In this document: positions 1 through 10,029 of the stretch, piece after piece | How the letters are laid out: every line of letters begins with the position of its first letter | How positions within the stretch are numbered: the stretch's first letter is position 1 | Assembly (NCBI GenBank): GCA_965263035.1 | Contig: OZ253580.1 | Coordinates: 4,960,001 to 5,024,000, forward strand | Origin: Acidobacteriota bacterium | GTDB taxonomy: Bacteria > Acidobacteriota > UBA6911 > RPQK01 > JAJDTT01 | Direction of reading: 5' to 3' | Length of the DNA stretch: 64,000 bases | Made by a program: the position numbers and the translations under genes | The notes under the pieces: generated by a model | The model's database searches: none | Seen by the model: only the letters and a program-made list of their open reading frames with translations | What the model was told of the DNA's origin: nothing

Positions 1-1302
1 GTGCAAGTCCCCCAGAACGAACATCGCATGGCGCTCCGGGGCGCTCTCCAGTCGTGTGATTCGATTCGAGAGCAGAATCGAGCTGACTGATAGCTCAGAC
101 CGGTGAGGCGGTGGAATCAATACCACACGGCGTACACCCACGCGCCCACTGATGAGATCCTTGATGATCAGGTCCAGCTTGTAGCGGCCCTTTCGTTCCA
201 GCACCAAAACTCTTTGATAGACGGAGCGGGCGGTCCGGGCCCGATAATCGCTCACCAGATCCGCTTCGAATTCGTCCACAATCCGATTCGACAAATTGGT
301 TACGATTCCATAGACCGCCATGCGGGCCCGCCTTCCATGCTCTTCCTCACCGAAAGTGAGTTCACGATCGTGGATTTCGACACTTACGGGTACGAGGGCG
401 CGCGTCTCGTCGAGGCCGAAATAATCGACCCGGTGAGAAAAGGGAAGGTCCTGGTAAGTGACGTCGATCTCCACGAGGCGTTTCAGATCACGATGCTTGA
501 GGGGTTTGGCGTGCCGGATTTTAGTAAACGTTTCATAGCGGTCGAAGGCGGTGTCCCGGGATCGAAAGCTTCGGAGATTGGCGTTTCCGGGCGACGTAAA
601 GGTCGTCCCTTCCAGGGATTCGTCGCGCTGAATCATCTCAGCGATCGTATTACCTGCGCCGGCCACATTGAGCAGGGCGTCCTTCTCGTCGGGGTTGAGG
701 GCGAGCCTGTACTCCCCACTCCAAGAAGAGTCTACGAACTCCAGGATGACATCGGAACCAAGGCCTTCTACGAAGCGGTACCTCCAGACTTCGAACGGAT
801 GAGCTACGGTCGTTCCTCCTCCCTCTTCAAGGGGCCGCTCATACCTCCCGCCGGAAGGATGCGCCTCGATCTCGTCGGGTGGCCCGTGAATGATGTAGAT
901 GCGGCCTCGATCATTCATCCATCCGGGAAAGCCGCTCGCGAATCTCTCGTTGGCATAGGCGATCCGGCGATAGTGTTCCTCCTTGAACTCGTTGGCGGCA
1001 CTGCGCGGATCCGGATCTCTTTGAAACCAGAACTGTTCGATGAACTGCTCCTTTTCTTCCGGGGCGGTCAGACTCTCGAAGACTGCGCGCTCTGCCTTGG
1101 AGATTACGTAGACGACGTCCTCGTCCAACCAGCGTCGAAAGTAGTCTTCCGCCTCCTCTTTGAGCTGACCTTGAGACGGGGACTTCCCGGACTTGTTCTC
1201 CTGGGCTCCAGCCTGGATCGGAACCTTCAGCAAAGAGGACAAGAGGAAAGCAATCAGTAACCGACGGAGAATCCTTTCGAAAGAAAGAATGGGGGGGCTC
1301 AC
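1..1302 (-). CDS. GWxTD domain-containing protein (3' end outside window)
   Basis: Not in the ORF track because it runs off the edge. Manual translation from GTG 1302 gives a signal-like N-terminus then YFRRWLDEDVVYVIS...FIEQFWFQRDP...NEFKEEHYRRIAYANERFASGFPGWMNDRGRIYIIHGPPDEI; still in frame at position 1. Confidence 0.9.
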   Translation of the reverse strand, partial: MSPPILSFERILRRLLIAFLLSSLLKVPIQAGAQENKSGKSPSQGQLKEEAEDYFRRWLDEDVVYVISKAERAVFESLTAPEEKEQFIEQFWFQRDPDPRSAANEFKEEHYRRIAYANERFASGFPGWMNDRGRIYIIHGPPDEIEAHPSGGRYERPLEEGGGTTVAHPFEVWRYRFVEGLGSDVILEFVDSSWSGEYRLALNPDEKDALLNVAGAGNTIAEMIQRDESLEGTTFTSPGNANLRSFRSRDTAFDRYETFTKIRHAKPLKHRDLKRLVEIDVTYQDLPFSHRVDYFGLDETRALVPVSVEIHDRELTFGEEEHGRRARMAVYGIVTNLSNRIVDEFEADLVSDYRARTARSVYQRVLVLERKGRYKLDLIIKDLISGRVGVRRVVLIPPPHRSELSVSSILLSNRITRLESAPERHAMFVLGDLH

Positions 1303-1374
1303 TTCCTGATTCTACACAAAGCCTGAAGGTACTGGAACGGCTACCGTCCGGTTCGAGGACCGCCTTGAAGATAT

Positions 1375-1534
1375 CAGTCCGTGGTGAAAGTCGCGCGAGC
1401 ACCGAGACCGGTCCTGCGCCCGCCGGACCAGGCGCTTCGGAGGGAGCATACCGGGAGTATGTGAGCCGATAGCAACGCAGTCCGCGCACGATGCAGGGAC
1501 GGTCGAATGCCGTGACGACTTTCGCCACGGGCCG
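1375..1534 (+). mobile_element. MITE-like repeat family A, copy 1
   Basis: Imperfect terminal inverted repeats CAGTCCGTGGTGAAAGTC...GACTTTCGCCACGGGCCG; ATAT on both flanks (4-bp target site duplication, TSD). Confidence 0.85.
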
Positions 1535-1772
1535 ATATGGTTCGGTGGCCGTCGGCCGAATGGCCGGCTTTTCCTGTTCTCGAAAACCGGTGTCGATCGG
1601 CCCGTCGAAAAAAGCCCCATTTCGCCCGTTAATGCTAACGTTGAGGCGGTCTAACGATAGATTCCAGGAGTGTAAATCAGAGGATCGGGCCAGCGTAGAG
1701 AAGATCCGTAATTGACATAAAGAGGGCCGTGGTTTTCTCCCCTATTCGAGATCCCGGGGCGTTTGCCTTGTT

Positions 1773-4571
1773 CTACTTCAAACTAAATGAATAGAGCTTG
1801 GGGGATCCCCCTGTGGCGGCCAGATGGAACTTGATCTGGAACGAATCCCGCTTCAGCCCATCGAGGCTTCTTCCTTGCTCCCATTCGACTCTCCAAGCCA
1901 CCGAGTCCCCCTCAAACCGGGGACTCTCCTCTCTGGAATACCCCGGCAGGGGCCGTCCGGAGGCGGGATCGATCAGCTCGAATTGCAGAGAGCCGCCCTC
2001 GCTGCAGTCGGCGTTCACGTAAAGTTCAGAAGCCGTGCCGGGGCCGATGGGAATGGTGGTGAGACTCCCTCGAGCCCGGTCCTTCACCAACTCCAGATGG
2101 GTAAAACCGTCCAGTCTCAGTGTAGCCACGCCCCCTGAGGGCTGTCCTTCCGCCCAGGGCGAACTGCGCCAGCCTCCGTAGTACAGCTTGATATCTTTGC
2201 CATCCACCAGGGGCACGGACGGTGCGACCATGTCCGAGTCCCAGGCGTCCGGAGCGCCGCGAGTGATCACCTTCTCGCCGGGCTGGATGAATACGAAGTA
2301 CTCTCCGTCACGGCTCGCGGCCAGTTCCACATCCATGTTCGTACCGCTGTGCTGGTATTGATACAGGGCCAAGTAGTAGCCGTGGTGCTTCCACACCACC
2401 ACATCATGGATCTGTTCCACCTTGCCACTTCTCACGACCGGTATGCTTCGGGCAAAGGGGTCAAAAATGGGGTTCTGAGGATGCCCCGTCCAGTGAACGG
2501 CATCCGGACTGTAGCCGTAGGCTCCCCCGCGGCGGCTGATATTCAGAGAAGTAAAACCGTAAGCCTTGTACCTCTTTCCCGGATCTTGTTCCGCCTCGTC
2601 GAAGAAAAGGGACATCGGCACGAAAGAACTGGGCTGGCCGGCAGGAAAGGAGATGTTCCCTGCCACCTGCTCCCTCCACTGGATTCCGTCGGGTGAGGTG
2701 AACAGGGTCCAGCGCTGCTGCTCCGGCAGCTGCGGCGCACTCGATTCTTGGAGGGGATCCCGGTCCCACTTAAGCAATTTATACCTCTTCGCCGGGTCCG
2801 CCTCGTGGGTGTCACGATGGATGCCCCCCGCAAAAATGGGCTTGTAAACCGGGGCCGGGGGAAGTCCCGGAACCAGATTCGTACGCTCCCGGCCTCCGAA
2901 GGGAACCATCCCCAGATCGACTTTCTTGAAATCGTAACCGTCCTGACTCTCCGCGTAACCGATCCGCCGCATTGGTACGGGGCCCGACTCAGGCCACTTG
3001 GACCCGGGCTCGCGGAAGACCCCCGAATACCACATTCGATACACGCCGTTCTCTTTCAGGACGCCCAATTGCGAGGCTCCCCCGGCATCAAAATCGCCGG
3101 CTGCTCCCCTCCCGATCACCGGGTTTCCCTCGTATTTCGTGGCCTCGTTGACCTTCAGTCGCAGACCGTCCAGGGCTTGCAACTCCTTCAGATCCAAAAA
3201 CAAAACTGTCGTTCCGGATGTGGCCGTTAGAGATGGGACCGGCATCGTGTGATAGGCCGTCGTGGGAAACCGGCTTTCATGGGTGATGGAGACACCGATC
3301 CCTTCAGCCTCCTCAGCCATCCTCTCCTCCACCGCCAGCCGCTCGATGGAGAGATGATTTTCATCCATTCTGGGCGTATTGCGCGTGAGCCAGTAGGCGT
3401 TCAAGATCGGACTCCACTGCTTTTCCAGCCAGCGGGCGTAAAACACGTGCTGGCGGGTGCCGTTGACGAAGAAAACCCAGGGGATGCCGTAGCGGTCGAC
3501 GGCAAACCTGGGCGAGTGACAGAAATCCCACGCGAATCTTTCGTCCTCACCGGTGAGAGGAAAGTTTTTCTTGTTTTTGTCCCCTGGAAACACGGATCTC
3601 AACTCCGCTGTTCCGGACTCATGGACAGCCAGTATTCCAGCGGGTGTCTCCACCAGGGCCGGCCGATACGCCCAGAGCTTCCAGGGTCCGGCGGGCACGG
3701 AAGAGGAGGTCCGGGTTTCTGCAGCAGACCCTTCGAGCGTCTCTTGCAGATCTGAAGGCTCTTTGCTGAGATAGAAACCACGCCCTTCCCGGTTATGCCA
3801 CGCCAGGTGAAAGCGTCCGACGCTGTCAATGAGGAGAGCGGGCGGAGAATGGCTGTCTCCGGCCGCGACCTCGAAAGATTCCCATTTTCCTCCCCTTGTG
3901 CTCCCCAGGTGCAGGGAAACGTCGTCCCCCGCCCCGGCGGTCCATGCCAGCCAGACGTCTCCGTTGGGCGCCTGCCTGACGTCACCCACCAGCGAATCCG
4001 CCTCAGCCAGAATCAGCGCTCCCCGCCTCCCATCGGCCGGATTCACCCAGGGTAGTTCCTCTCCGGCCTGCAGACGCTTCTTGAGTCGATCCAGTCTCAT
4101 CAAGCTGTAACCGGAAAGGCCCTTTTCAGTGCTCCAGACAAAATGAAGACGTCCGGCGCCATCAAGCGCCATGCCGGCGCCGCCCATCGATTCTCGGGCA
4201 CTCCGGGGAGGGACGAGGTCGGCCGGGGGAAGAAAGTCCTCGAGTGATCGAGGTCTGGTGTTTTTTGAGATTCGAAGTGCGAAGCCGGCCCGTCCCTCAG
4301 GTCCCCTCCTGGCCGTCAGGAGGTAGCGGATCCCCTCGCTGTCTCGCACCACCCACCTGCTGATGGCCCGATCGAACTCTCGAAGCAACAGCCTGCTGGG
4401 GCCGGCGAGAAGGGGAGAACATAGGTGTAAGAGCGCCGGAATCGCGAGCAGCAAAAGGGAGCGGACTTTCGGCATGGAGAATTTCAGATTCCTGTCCCTT
4501 CGATCCTCCCCAGGGCAGCCTTTTCTCAGCCGGGCAGCACTGAGCTTTGTTCTGGTACAATCTGAGTTCAT
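1773..4571 (-). CDS. Secreted multidomain protein with C-terminal GH32/GH130-like beta-propeller and beta-sandwich (likely start ATG 4475)
   Basis: Signal peptide MPKVRSLLLLAIPALL; KYEGNPVI, YRMWYSG, IGYAESQDG, SPDGIQW, LRLDGFT...LYSF motifs shared with three paralogs in this window. Confidence 0.7.
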   Translation of the reverse strand: MNSDCTRTKLSAARLRKGCPGEDRRDRNLKFSMPKVRSLLLLAIPALLHLCSPLLAGPSRLLLREFDRAISRWVVRDSEGIRYLLTARRGPEGRAGFALRISKNTRPRSLEDFLPPADLVPPRSARESMGGAGMALDGAGRLHFVWSTEKGLSGYSLMRLDRLKKRLQAGEELPWVNPADGRRGALILAEADSLVGDVRQAPNGDVWLAWTAGAGDDVSLHLGSTRGGKWESFEVAAGDSHSPPALLIDSVGRFHLAWHNREGRGFYLSKEPSDLQETLEGSAAETRTSSSVPAGPWKLWAYRPALVETPAGILAVHESGTAELRSVFPGDKNKKNFPLTGEDERFAWDFCHSPRFAVDRYGIPWVFFVNGTRQHVFYARWLEKQWSPILNAYWLTRNTPRMDENHLSIERLAVEERMAEEAEGIGVSITHESRFPTTAYHTMPVPSLTATSGTTVLFLDLKELQALDGLRLKVNEATKYEGNPVIGRGAAGDFDAGGASQLGVLKENGVYRMWYSGVFREPGSKWPESGPVPMRRIGYAESQDGYDFKKVDLGMVPFGGRERTNLVPGLPPAPVYKPIFAGGIHRDTHEADPAKRYKLLKWDRDPLQESSAPQLPEQQRWTLFTSPDGIQWREQVAGNISFPAGQPSSFVPMSLFFDEAEQDPGKRYKAYGFTSLNISRRGGAYGYSPDAVHWTGHPQNPIFDPFARSIPVVRSGKVEQIHDVVVWKHHGYYLALYQYQHSGTNMDVELAASRDGEYFVFIQPGEKVITRGAPDAWDSDMVAPSVPLVDGKDIKLYYGGWRSSPWAEGQPSGGVATLRLDGFTHLELVKDRARGSLTTIPIGPGTASELYVNADCSEGGSLQFELIDPASGRPLPGYSREESPRFEGDSVAWRVEWEQGRSLDGLKRDSFQIKFHLAATGGSPKLYSFSLK

Positions 4572-4740
4572 AAGCCCGTGCTCCCGTGATTCCGTAAGTC
4601 GTTGTTAAAAAAGAACTTATAGCACAGAACCCGGCATATATCCAGGTTTCCGGCGAGAACTGCGGGCAAGGAGGCTGGACTCGACGTTCCGAAGAGCGTT
4701 TCAGGACCGAAGATTGTCATCATCGCAGAGGAGATGGAGA

Positions 4741-6306
4741 GTGAACGGGACCACCAATCGTCGCACCTTTTTGAATCAGATCCCCTTGATAACGGCAGTT
4801 GCTGCCATGCGTCCGGCCTTACGGGCCAGCCCGGGTCGGGAGAGCACCGATGAGGTCATTCCCATGGGGTCGCGTCGCGAGTTGTTCCTGGACGACTTCA
4901 TGATCGAGCAGCTCTCAGGCAAAGCCCAGCTTCGACTTCATCATCCGATCTTTCGTGAGGTCGTGATCGAACATGACGCACCTTGGGAAGGAAACGCCAG
5001 CGGGTGCCACACCGTACTCCAGGATGGCGACGGCTACCGCATGTACTATCGCGGTTGGAACTTCAACACCCTCCCGGGCAAACTCGTATTCGACGGCAAA
5101 CCGGTCACCTGTGTTGCCCAGAGCCAGGATGGAATTCACTGGGTCAAGCCCGAACTCGGCATTGTCGAATACGAGGGATCGAAACAAAACAACATCATTG
5201 TGGATGGAATTGGCACTCATAATTTCATGCCCGTGATCGACGAGAACCCCGCCTGCCCGAGGGAGGAACGGTACAAGGCATTGGCCGGAATCAAGAGAGA
5301 GGGCGGACTGTTCGCCTATAAGTCCCCGGATGGCATCCACTGGTCCTTGATGCACGAAGAACCCGTAATCACCAGCGGTGCGTTTGATTCTGCCAACCTT
5401 GGCTTCTGGGATCCCACCATCGGCCTGTACCGTGCCTATTGGCGAACCTTCACCGGCGGAGTCACCGAAAAGGACAATTGGAAACCGGCTGGATACCGAG
5501 CCATTCGAACCGCCACTTCCGGAGATTTCCTTGACTGGGACGACTACGCCGATTTGACCTATGTCGATTCTCCCGAAGAGCATATGTATATAAACAACGT
5601 GGCGCCCTACGACCGGGCCCCCCACATCCTGGTGGGAACACCGCAACGATATATCGAACGAGGTTGGTCAGCTTCGATGAAAGCTCTTCCGGACCTCGAG
5701 AAACGAGAATTGAGAGCCAGCTCGCATCAGCGCTTCGGGACTGCTTTGACCGAAACCCTGATCATGGCAAGTCGTGATGGTGTGAAGTTCAAGCGCTGGA
5801 ATGAAGGGTTTATTCGACCTGGCATTCAACGTGATGATTCGTGGTACTACGCACACCAGACAGTGGCCTGGAAGATGCTGGAAACGAAAGCGGCCCGAGC
5901 CGGAGCCCCCAATGAATTGTCCTTTTATGCCTCCTCGGCCTATTGGCACGGCAAAGGTGGAAAGATGAGCCGCTATACACTGCGCCTGGATGGTTTTGTC
6001 TCAGCCTCGGCGCCGATGCAGGGTGGCGAGTTGCTGACCCGAGTCTTGAAGTTTGAAGGAAGCAAGTTGAAGGTGAACTTTGCCAGCTCGGCGGCGGGCA
6101 CACTCAAGGTTGAAATCCAGGACGCCAAGGGCCGTCCAATCCCCGGCTACTCGCTGCCGGAAGCGGATGAGACCTTCGGGGATGAGATCGACCGAACGGT
6201 TTCCTGGAGCGGTTCCACGGATGTCAGCAGGATTGCGGGTCAGGCTGTACGTCTGCGCTTTACCTTGCAGGATACGGACCTGTATGCGTTTCAGTTTGTG
6301 GAATGA
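4741..6306 (+). CDS. Tat-exported GH32-like five-bladed beta-propeller protein (paralog 2)
   Basis: GTG 4741 after GGAGA; NRRTFL twin-arginine motif; RELFLDD, YRMYYRG, SPDGIHW, FDSANLGFWD, LRLDGFVS, LYAFQF. Confidence 0.75.
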   Translation: MNGTTNRRTFLNQIPLITAVAAMRPALRASPGRESTDEVIPMGSRRELFLDDFMIEQLSGKAQLRLHHPIFREVVIEHDAPWEGNASGCHTVLQDGDGYRMYYRGWNFNTLPGKLVFDGKPVTCVAQSQDGIHWVKPELGIVEYEGSKQNNIIVDGIGTHNFMPVIDENPACPREERYKALAGIKREGGLFAYKSPDGIHWSLMHEEPVITSGAFDSANLGFWDPTIGLYRAYWRTFTGGVTEKDNWKPAGYRAIRTATSGDFLDWDDYADLTYVDSPEEHMYINNVAPYDRAPHILVGTPQRYIERGWSASMKALPDLEKRELRASSHQRFGTALTETLIMASRDGVKFKRWNEGFIRPGIQRDDSWYYAHQTVAWKMLETKAARAGAPNELSFYASSAYWHGKGGKMSRYTLRLDGFVSASAPMQGGELLTRVLKFEGSKLKVNFASSAAGTLKVEIQDAKGRPIPGYSLPEADETFGDEIDRTVSWSGSTDVSRIAGQAVRLRFTLQDTDLYAFQFVE

Positions 6307-8065
6307 GTTCCGGATCCAACGTTGATCTCACCCATTGAGTTTTAGAACCCACTTGGACCGGAACTGTTGCCGCGGCTGCTGTCACTGAATGGTTGGTGCT
6401 TCCTTCCTCCAGCACGACAACCTGCCGAGGTTGAAGCTCTCGGAGATAGTCTCGGATTCCACTTGGCCAGTGAACCGCGATCTCAACCTTGCCCTGGTAA
6501 TCTCCCAGGCCAAAATGAACTCGATAGTCGCTGGCCGAGAGATAGCTGCCGGCCGAGGTGACCTGGGAGACCAGGCGTTTCTCGCCATATTTGAGCTCCA
6601 CAAGAGCCCCGAATCCGTTTCGGTTGGATTTTTTGCCGACCAGTCTCAATTGCAGCCAGGCGTTTTCGTTGCCTCCCTCGTTGCGCAGAAGCACCGGGCT
6701 TCCGCCGCAATTGCTGACCAGCACGTCCAGGTCTCCGTCATTGTCGTAATCGGCCCAGGCCAGACCCCGGCTGACCTGAGGAACCGCCAAGACTTCGCCA
6801 CGCTCGGAAGTGACGTCCTCGAACCGGCCGCCAACGTTCTCCAGTAGAAGTTTGGGTTGCCGGTAGGTTGCCCCTGCTCTCAGTTGGGCCGCGTTGTCCA
6901 TAACGTGTCCATTAGCGACAACCAGGTCCGGATCGGAATCATTGTCCACATCGATCAAACCCAGGCCAAAGCCCACAAAGGGTCGGCTGGGAGCCAGAAC
7001 ACCGGCACGGGAGCTCATGTCTTCAAAAAAGCCGTCACTCTTGTTCTTGTAAAGCGCCAGGTATTCCAAGTCCAGATTGGTCACCGCCAGATCGAGAAGC
7101 CCGTCCCCGTCGTAGTCTTCAGCTACGACTCCCATGCCTGCCTGCGGCTCCCCGTTCTCGTCAAGAGCGGTTCCGGTCAACAGCCCCACTTCGGAAAAAG
7201 ATCCATCTCCTTCGTTCTTGAAGAGAAAATTGTCGACTCCGTCGTTGGCCACGTAAATGTCGACCAGGCCGTCCCGATCATAATCCAATGGCACCACCCC
7301 CAGACCCTTTCCTGCAAACTGAGCGACGCGGGTTTTTTGACTCACCTCGGCAAAGGTGCCGTCGCCATTGTTCCGATAGAGGACATCCGGGACACCGTTG
7401 AAGGCCTCGGGACCACAGGTGGCCACGATGGGCCCGTGTTTACAGATCGGATTGTTGTTATCAAGTGAATGATCTGTGTAACTGGCCACATAGAGATCCA
7501 AGAACCCGTCATTGTCGTAATCGAAGAAGGCTGCACTCGAGCTCCATCGGCCATCGCCTCCTACACCCGCCGCCATGGACCTGTTGCGAAAGGTGCCGTT
7601 TCCGTTATTGCGATAAAGGAGATCGGGACCGGAAAAATTGGTTATAAAGATATCGTCGAACCCGTCATTGTCATAATCGCCGACGGCGACGCCCATTCCA
7701 TAATACTGATTGGATTCAATTCCGGCCCGGGTGGTCACCTCCTGGAAGCTGCCGTCTCCCCGATTTCGATAAAGGGAGTGATCGAAGGAGAGATTCTTGT
7801 CGGTACCCGGAGTCCAACCGCCGTTGATGAGCAAAATGTCCTGGTAGCCATCTTTGTCAAAGTCGATAAATCCGCATCCTGATCCCACCGTTGCCACGGC
7901 GTATCTCTTGGGAGTAGGCGAATTCCGGTGCAAGAAACTGATACCGGCTTGTTCGGTCACATCCTGAAAGGTTACTGAGGAGCCGGGATCGGGAGATTCA
8001 ACCAGGGCCCAAGCTTCGACGGCAAGTAGCGGGAAAAGCACCGCGGTCGAGAGTCGACGCCGCAT
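6260..8065 (-). CDS. CRTAC1-family FG-GAP repeat / ASPIC-UnbV protein
   Basis: Repeated DxDxDGxxD motifs (DFDKDGYQD, DYDNDGFDD, DYDGDGLLD); C-terminal SNRNGFGA...SYLSASDYRVHFGLG...WPSG. Confidence 0.9.
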   Translation of the reverse strand: MRRRLSTAVLFPLLAVEAWALVESPDPGSSVTFQDVTEQAGISFLHRNSPTPKRYAVATVGSGCGFIDFDKDGYQDILLINGGWTPGTDKNLSFDHSLYRNRGDGSFQEVTTRAGIESNQYYGMGVAVGDYDNDGFDDIFITNFSGPDLLYRNNGNGTFRNRSMAAGVGGDGRWSSSAAFFDYDNDGFLDLYVASYTDHSLDNNNPICKHGPIVATCGPEAFNGVPDVLYRNNGDGTFAEVSQKTRVAQFAGKGLGVVPLDYDRDGLVDIYVANDGVDNFLFKNEGDGSFSEVGLLTGTALDENGEPQAGMGVVAEDYDGDGLLDLAVTNLDLEYLALYKNKSDGFFEDMSSRAGVLAPSRPFVGFGLGLIDVDNDSDPDLVVANGHVMDNAAQLRAGATYRQPKLLLENVGGRFEDVTSERGEVLAVPQVSRGLAWADYDNDGDLDVLVSNCGGSPVLLRNEGGNENAWLQLRLVGKKSNRNGFGALVELKYGEKRLVSQVTSAGSYLSASDYRVHFGLGDYQGKVEIAVHWPSGIRDYLRELQPRQVVVLEEGSTNHSVTAAAATVPVQVGSKTQWVRSTLDPELIPQTETHTGPYPAR

Positions 8066-9583
8066 CTACTCGGGATTCCTTCCGCGGGTCAGTCGGAAGT
8101 AGATCTCTCTTTCTCTTTCGGCTTCCTGAACGGCTCCAATTCTAGGCAGCGCAGTGGCAAGATTCAGGTGAGGGATGGGTTCATCCGGGTCCATTTCTAT
8201 GGCCCGGCGATAAGATCGGACAGCACCCTGAAAGTCATTCTGTTTGAAGAGCAGACTGCCCAGGAGGTTGTGGTAATCCGCATTCGCCGGGTTCAAGTCG
8301 ATGGCCGTCCTGACGGCGTCGAGGGAGCCCGCGACATGCGTCTGCTCCAAGAGTCTGGCGAGCACGAAGTGGTATCGTGCGTCAAGCGGATACACCTGAA
8401 TCGCCTGGCGAATCCAATCGGCCGCACGTTGGCGGTTACCCCTCTTGTAATCGATTTGGGCCAGGCGATAGAAACCCAGATCCATGTCGGGGGAAGCCTC
8501 AACGGATTGAAGAAAGGCCGCATAGGCCTGCTCCGGCGCAGCTTGCTTGGACAAGAGGTCCATTCCCTGCGCGTAAAGCCTCGGGCCTCTGTTTTCCAGA
8601 GCCAGCCTTTCCCGGGCTGCTGTCCTCAGGGATTGGAATCGTTTCAGAGCGGCGGCCGCTTTCTCCCTCATCCCCAGTTTTCGGAATGCATCAGCCAGCA
8701 GATAATGGGGTTCCACGTAGTCCGGGCTGCCTTGCAAAGCCAGCTCCAACTGTTCAACCGCTTTCTCATGCTCTCCCAGTTTGAGGAGCACAAAGCCCAG
8801 GTTCTTGTGAACATCGGGCCGAACCAATCCTGACGAGAGAGCCAGCTTCAGATTCTCAACGGCCAGGCCGAAGGTCTTGTGATCGGCGCTGTAAAGCAAA
8901 CCCAATTCCAAGTGGGCCTCGGCGTACGAGGGAGCCAGGGCAACGGCTTGCTCCAATGCATCTTTCGCTTCCTCGAATTGCATCAGTCCCTTATGGCTGA
9001 CTCCCAAGAGGTAATGTCCGTAGCTGTCGCCGGGGTCCAGCACCAGGCCTTTCTGCGCTGAAGCCAGTGCTTGATCATGCTGGCCCTCCTGGATGTATAT
9101 CCGGCACAGGAAGCGAATACCGGGGAGAGACTTCGGATGTCGTTCCAGAAAGGTCTGCAGCACTTGAATGGCTTCTCTACGTTGCTTACAGTGAAACAAA
9201 ACCGAGGCCAGGGCCAGCGAATAAAGATCTGAGTCCTGATCCAGGCTCCTGCTTTTCCAATACTGGGCGATGGCTTTCCGGAACTGATTTTGGGCCTGGT
9301 AGAGGATTCCCAGTTGATAGTTGAGCATGGGATCTTGAGGGTTCGAGCGGAGACGATCCTGCAACAGCCGCACAGCCTGCTCTGGTGATTCCTGCTCAAA
9401 CGCCCACCTGGGGAGCGTCCGGTTCGCCGCGCCGCAGATTTCTGGTGAGCGGATGGCAAAGGAATCGCCCGGTCGATTCTCCTGAGACCAGGCCCCGGGC
9501 CCAGCCTGAACGAGGAAGACCAGCAGGCTGGACACGACTACAGGCCGTATCGAATATCTCCGGCTCTGCAGGTATCGTCGCAT
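8066..9583 (-). CDS. Tetratricopeptide repeat protein
   Basis: Many TPR units (AEAHLELGLLY, DVHKNLGFVL, ADYHNLLGSLL); abuts the CRTAC1 gene; start trimmed from 9754, which lies inside a MITE. Confidence 0.85.
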   Translation of the reverse strand: MRRYLQSRRYSIRPVVVSSLLVFLVQAGPGAWSQENRPGDSFAIRSPEICGAANRTLPRWAFEQESPEQAVRLLQDRLRSNPQDPMLNYQLGILYQAQNQFRKAIAQYWKSRSLDQDSDLYSLALASVLFHCKQRREAIQVLQTFLERHPKSLPGIRFLCRIYIQEGQHDQALASAQKGLVLDPGDSYGHYLLGVSHKGLMQFEEAKDALEQAVALAPSYAEAHLELGLLYSADHKTFGLAVENLKLALSSGLVRPDVHKNLGFVLLKLGEHEKAVEQLELALQGSPDYVEPHYLLADAFRKLGMREKAAAALKRFQSLRTAARERLALENRGPRLYAQGMDLLSKQAAPEQAYAAFLQSVEASPDMDLGFYRLAQIDYKRGNRQRAADWIRQAIQVYPLDARYHFVLARLLEQTHVAGSLDAVRTAIDLNPANADYHNLLGSLLFKQNDFQGAVRSYRRAIEMDPDEPIPHLNLATALPRIGAVQEAEREREIYFRLTRGRNPE

Positions 9584-9684
9584 CAGCCCTTTTCGTTCGA
9601 GGCTGCCAGTGACTGAATTCCAGGGCGAGAATAGAGTGCTCGCGAAGGACGGGTTTCCCCCCATCATATGTTGACAATATCTAG

Positions 9685-9737
9685 AAGGCTGGCGGTGAAA
9701 GCCCCGAGACCGCACGCGGCTTTCACCACGCACTGCG
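9685..9737. repeat. Internally deleted, degenerate family A remnant
   Basis: GGTGAAAGCC...GGCTTTCACCACGCACTG hairpin with family A terminal motifs; bounded by CTAG on both sides and abutting copy 2. Confidence 0.5.
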
Positions 9738-9741
9738 CTAG

Positions 9742-9899
9742 CAGCCCGTGGCAAAAGTCGTCACGGCATTCGACCGTCCCTGCATCCCGGCGGACTGCGT
9801 TGCGACTCGGTCACATACTCCCGGTATGCTCCCTCATCGCGCCTTGTCCGGCGGGCGCAGGACCGGTCTCGGTGCTCGCGGGACTTTCACCACGGACTG
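9742..9899 (-). mobile_element. MITE-like repeat family A, copy 2
   Basis: Reverse-complement copy; CTAG duplicated on both flanks. Confidence 0.9.
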
Positions 9900-10029
9900 C
9901 TAGCATACAACCGTGGCGGTCGATTTAGCCATAAATTCGGGTAGTGCCAGCGCTGTCGATTTGTTCGACCAACAAGTTATTCATCACCACACCGGGAGAC
10001 CGTCTTCCACCACCAGGAGGGATCATCAC

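Noticed and set aside
103-1260. 385-aa plus-strand ORF
   Set aside because: Antisense shadow of the GWxTD gene, which has clear family motifs on the minus strand.
911-1620. Recurrent short ORFs beginning MAKVVTAFDRPC / PWQKSSRHSTVPAS (and MIYCESGRIGPYF for family B)
   Set aside because: These are translations of MITE sequence; frames and lengths differ among copies because of indels, so no conserved peptide is supported.
4586-4620. AT-rich TAAGTCGTTGTTAAAAAGAACTTA as a mobile-element end
   Set aside because: An IHF-like motif in a divergent promoter region, with no partner repeat or recombinase nearby.
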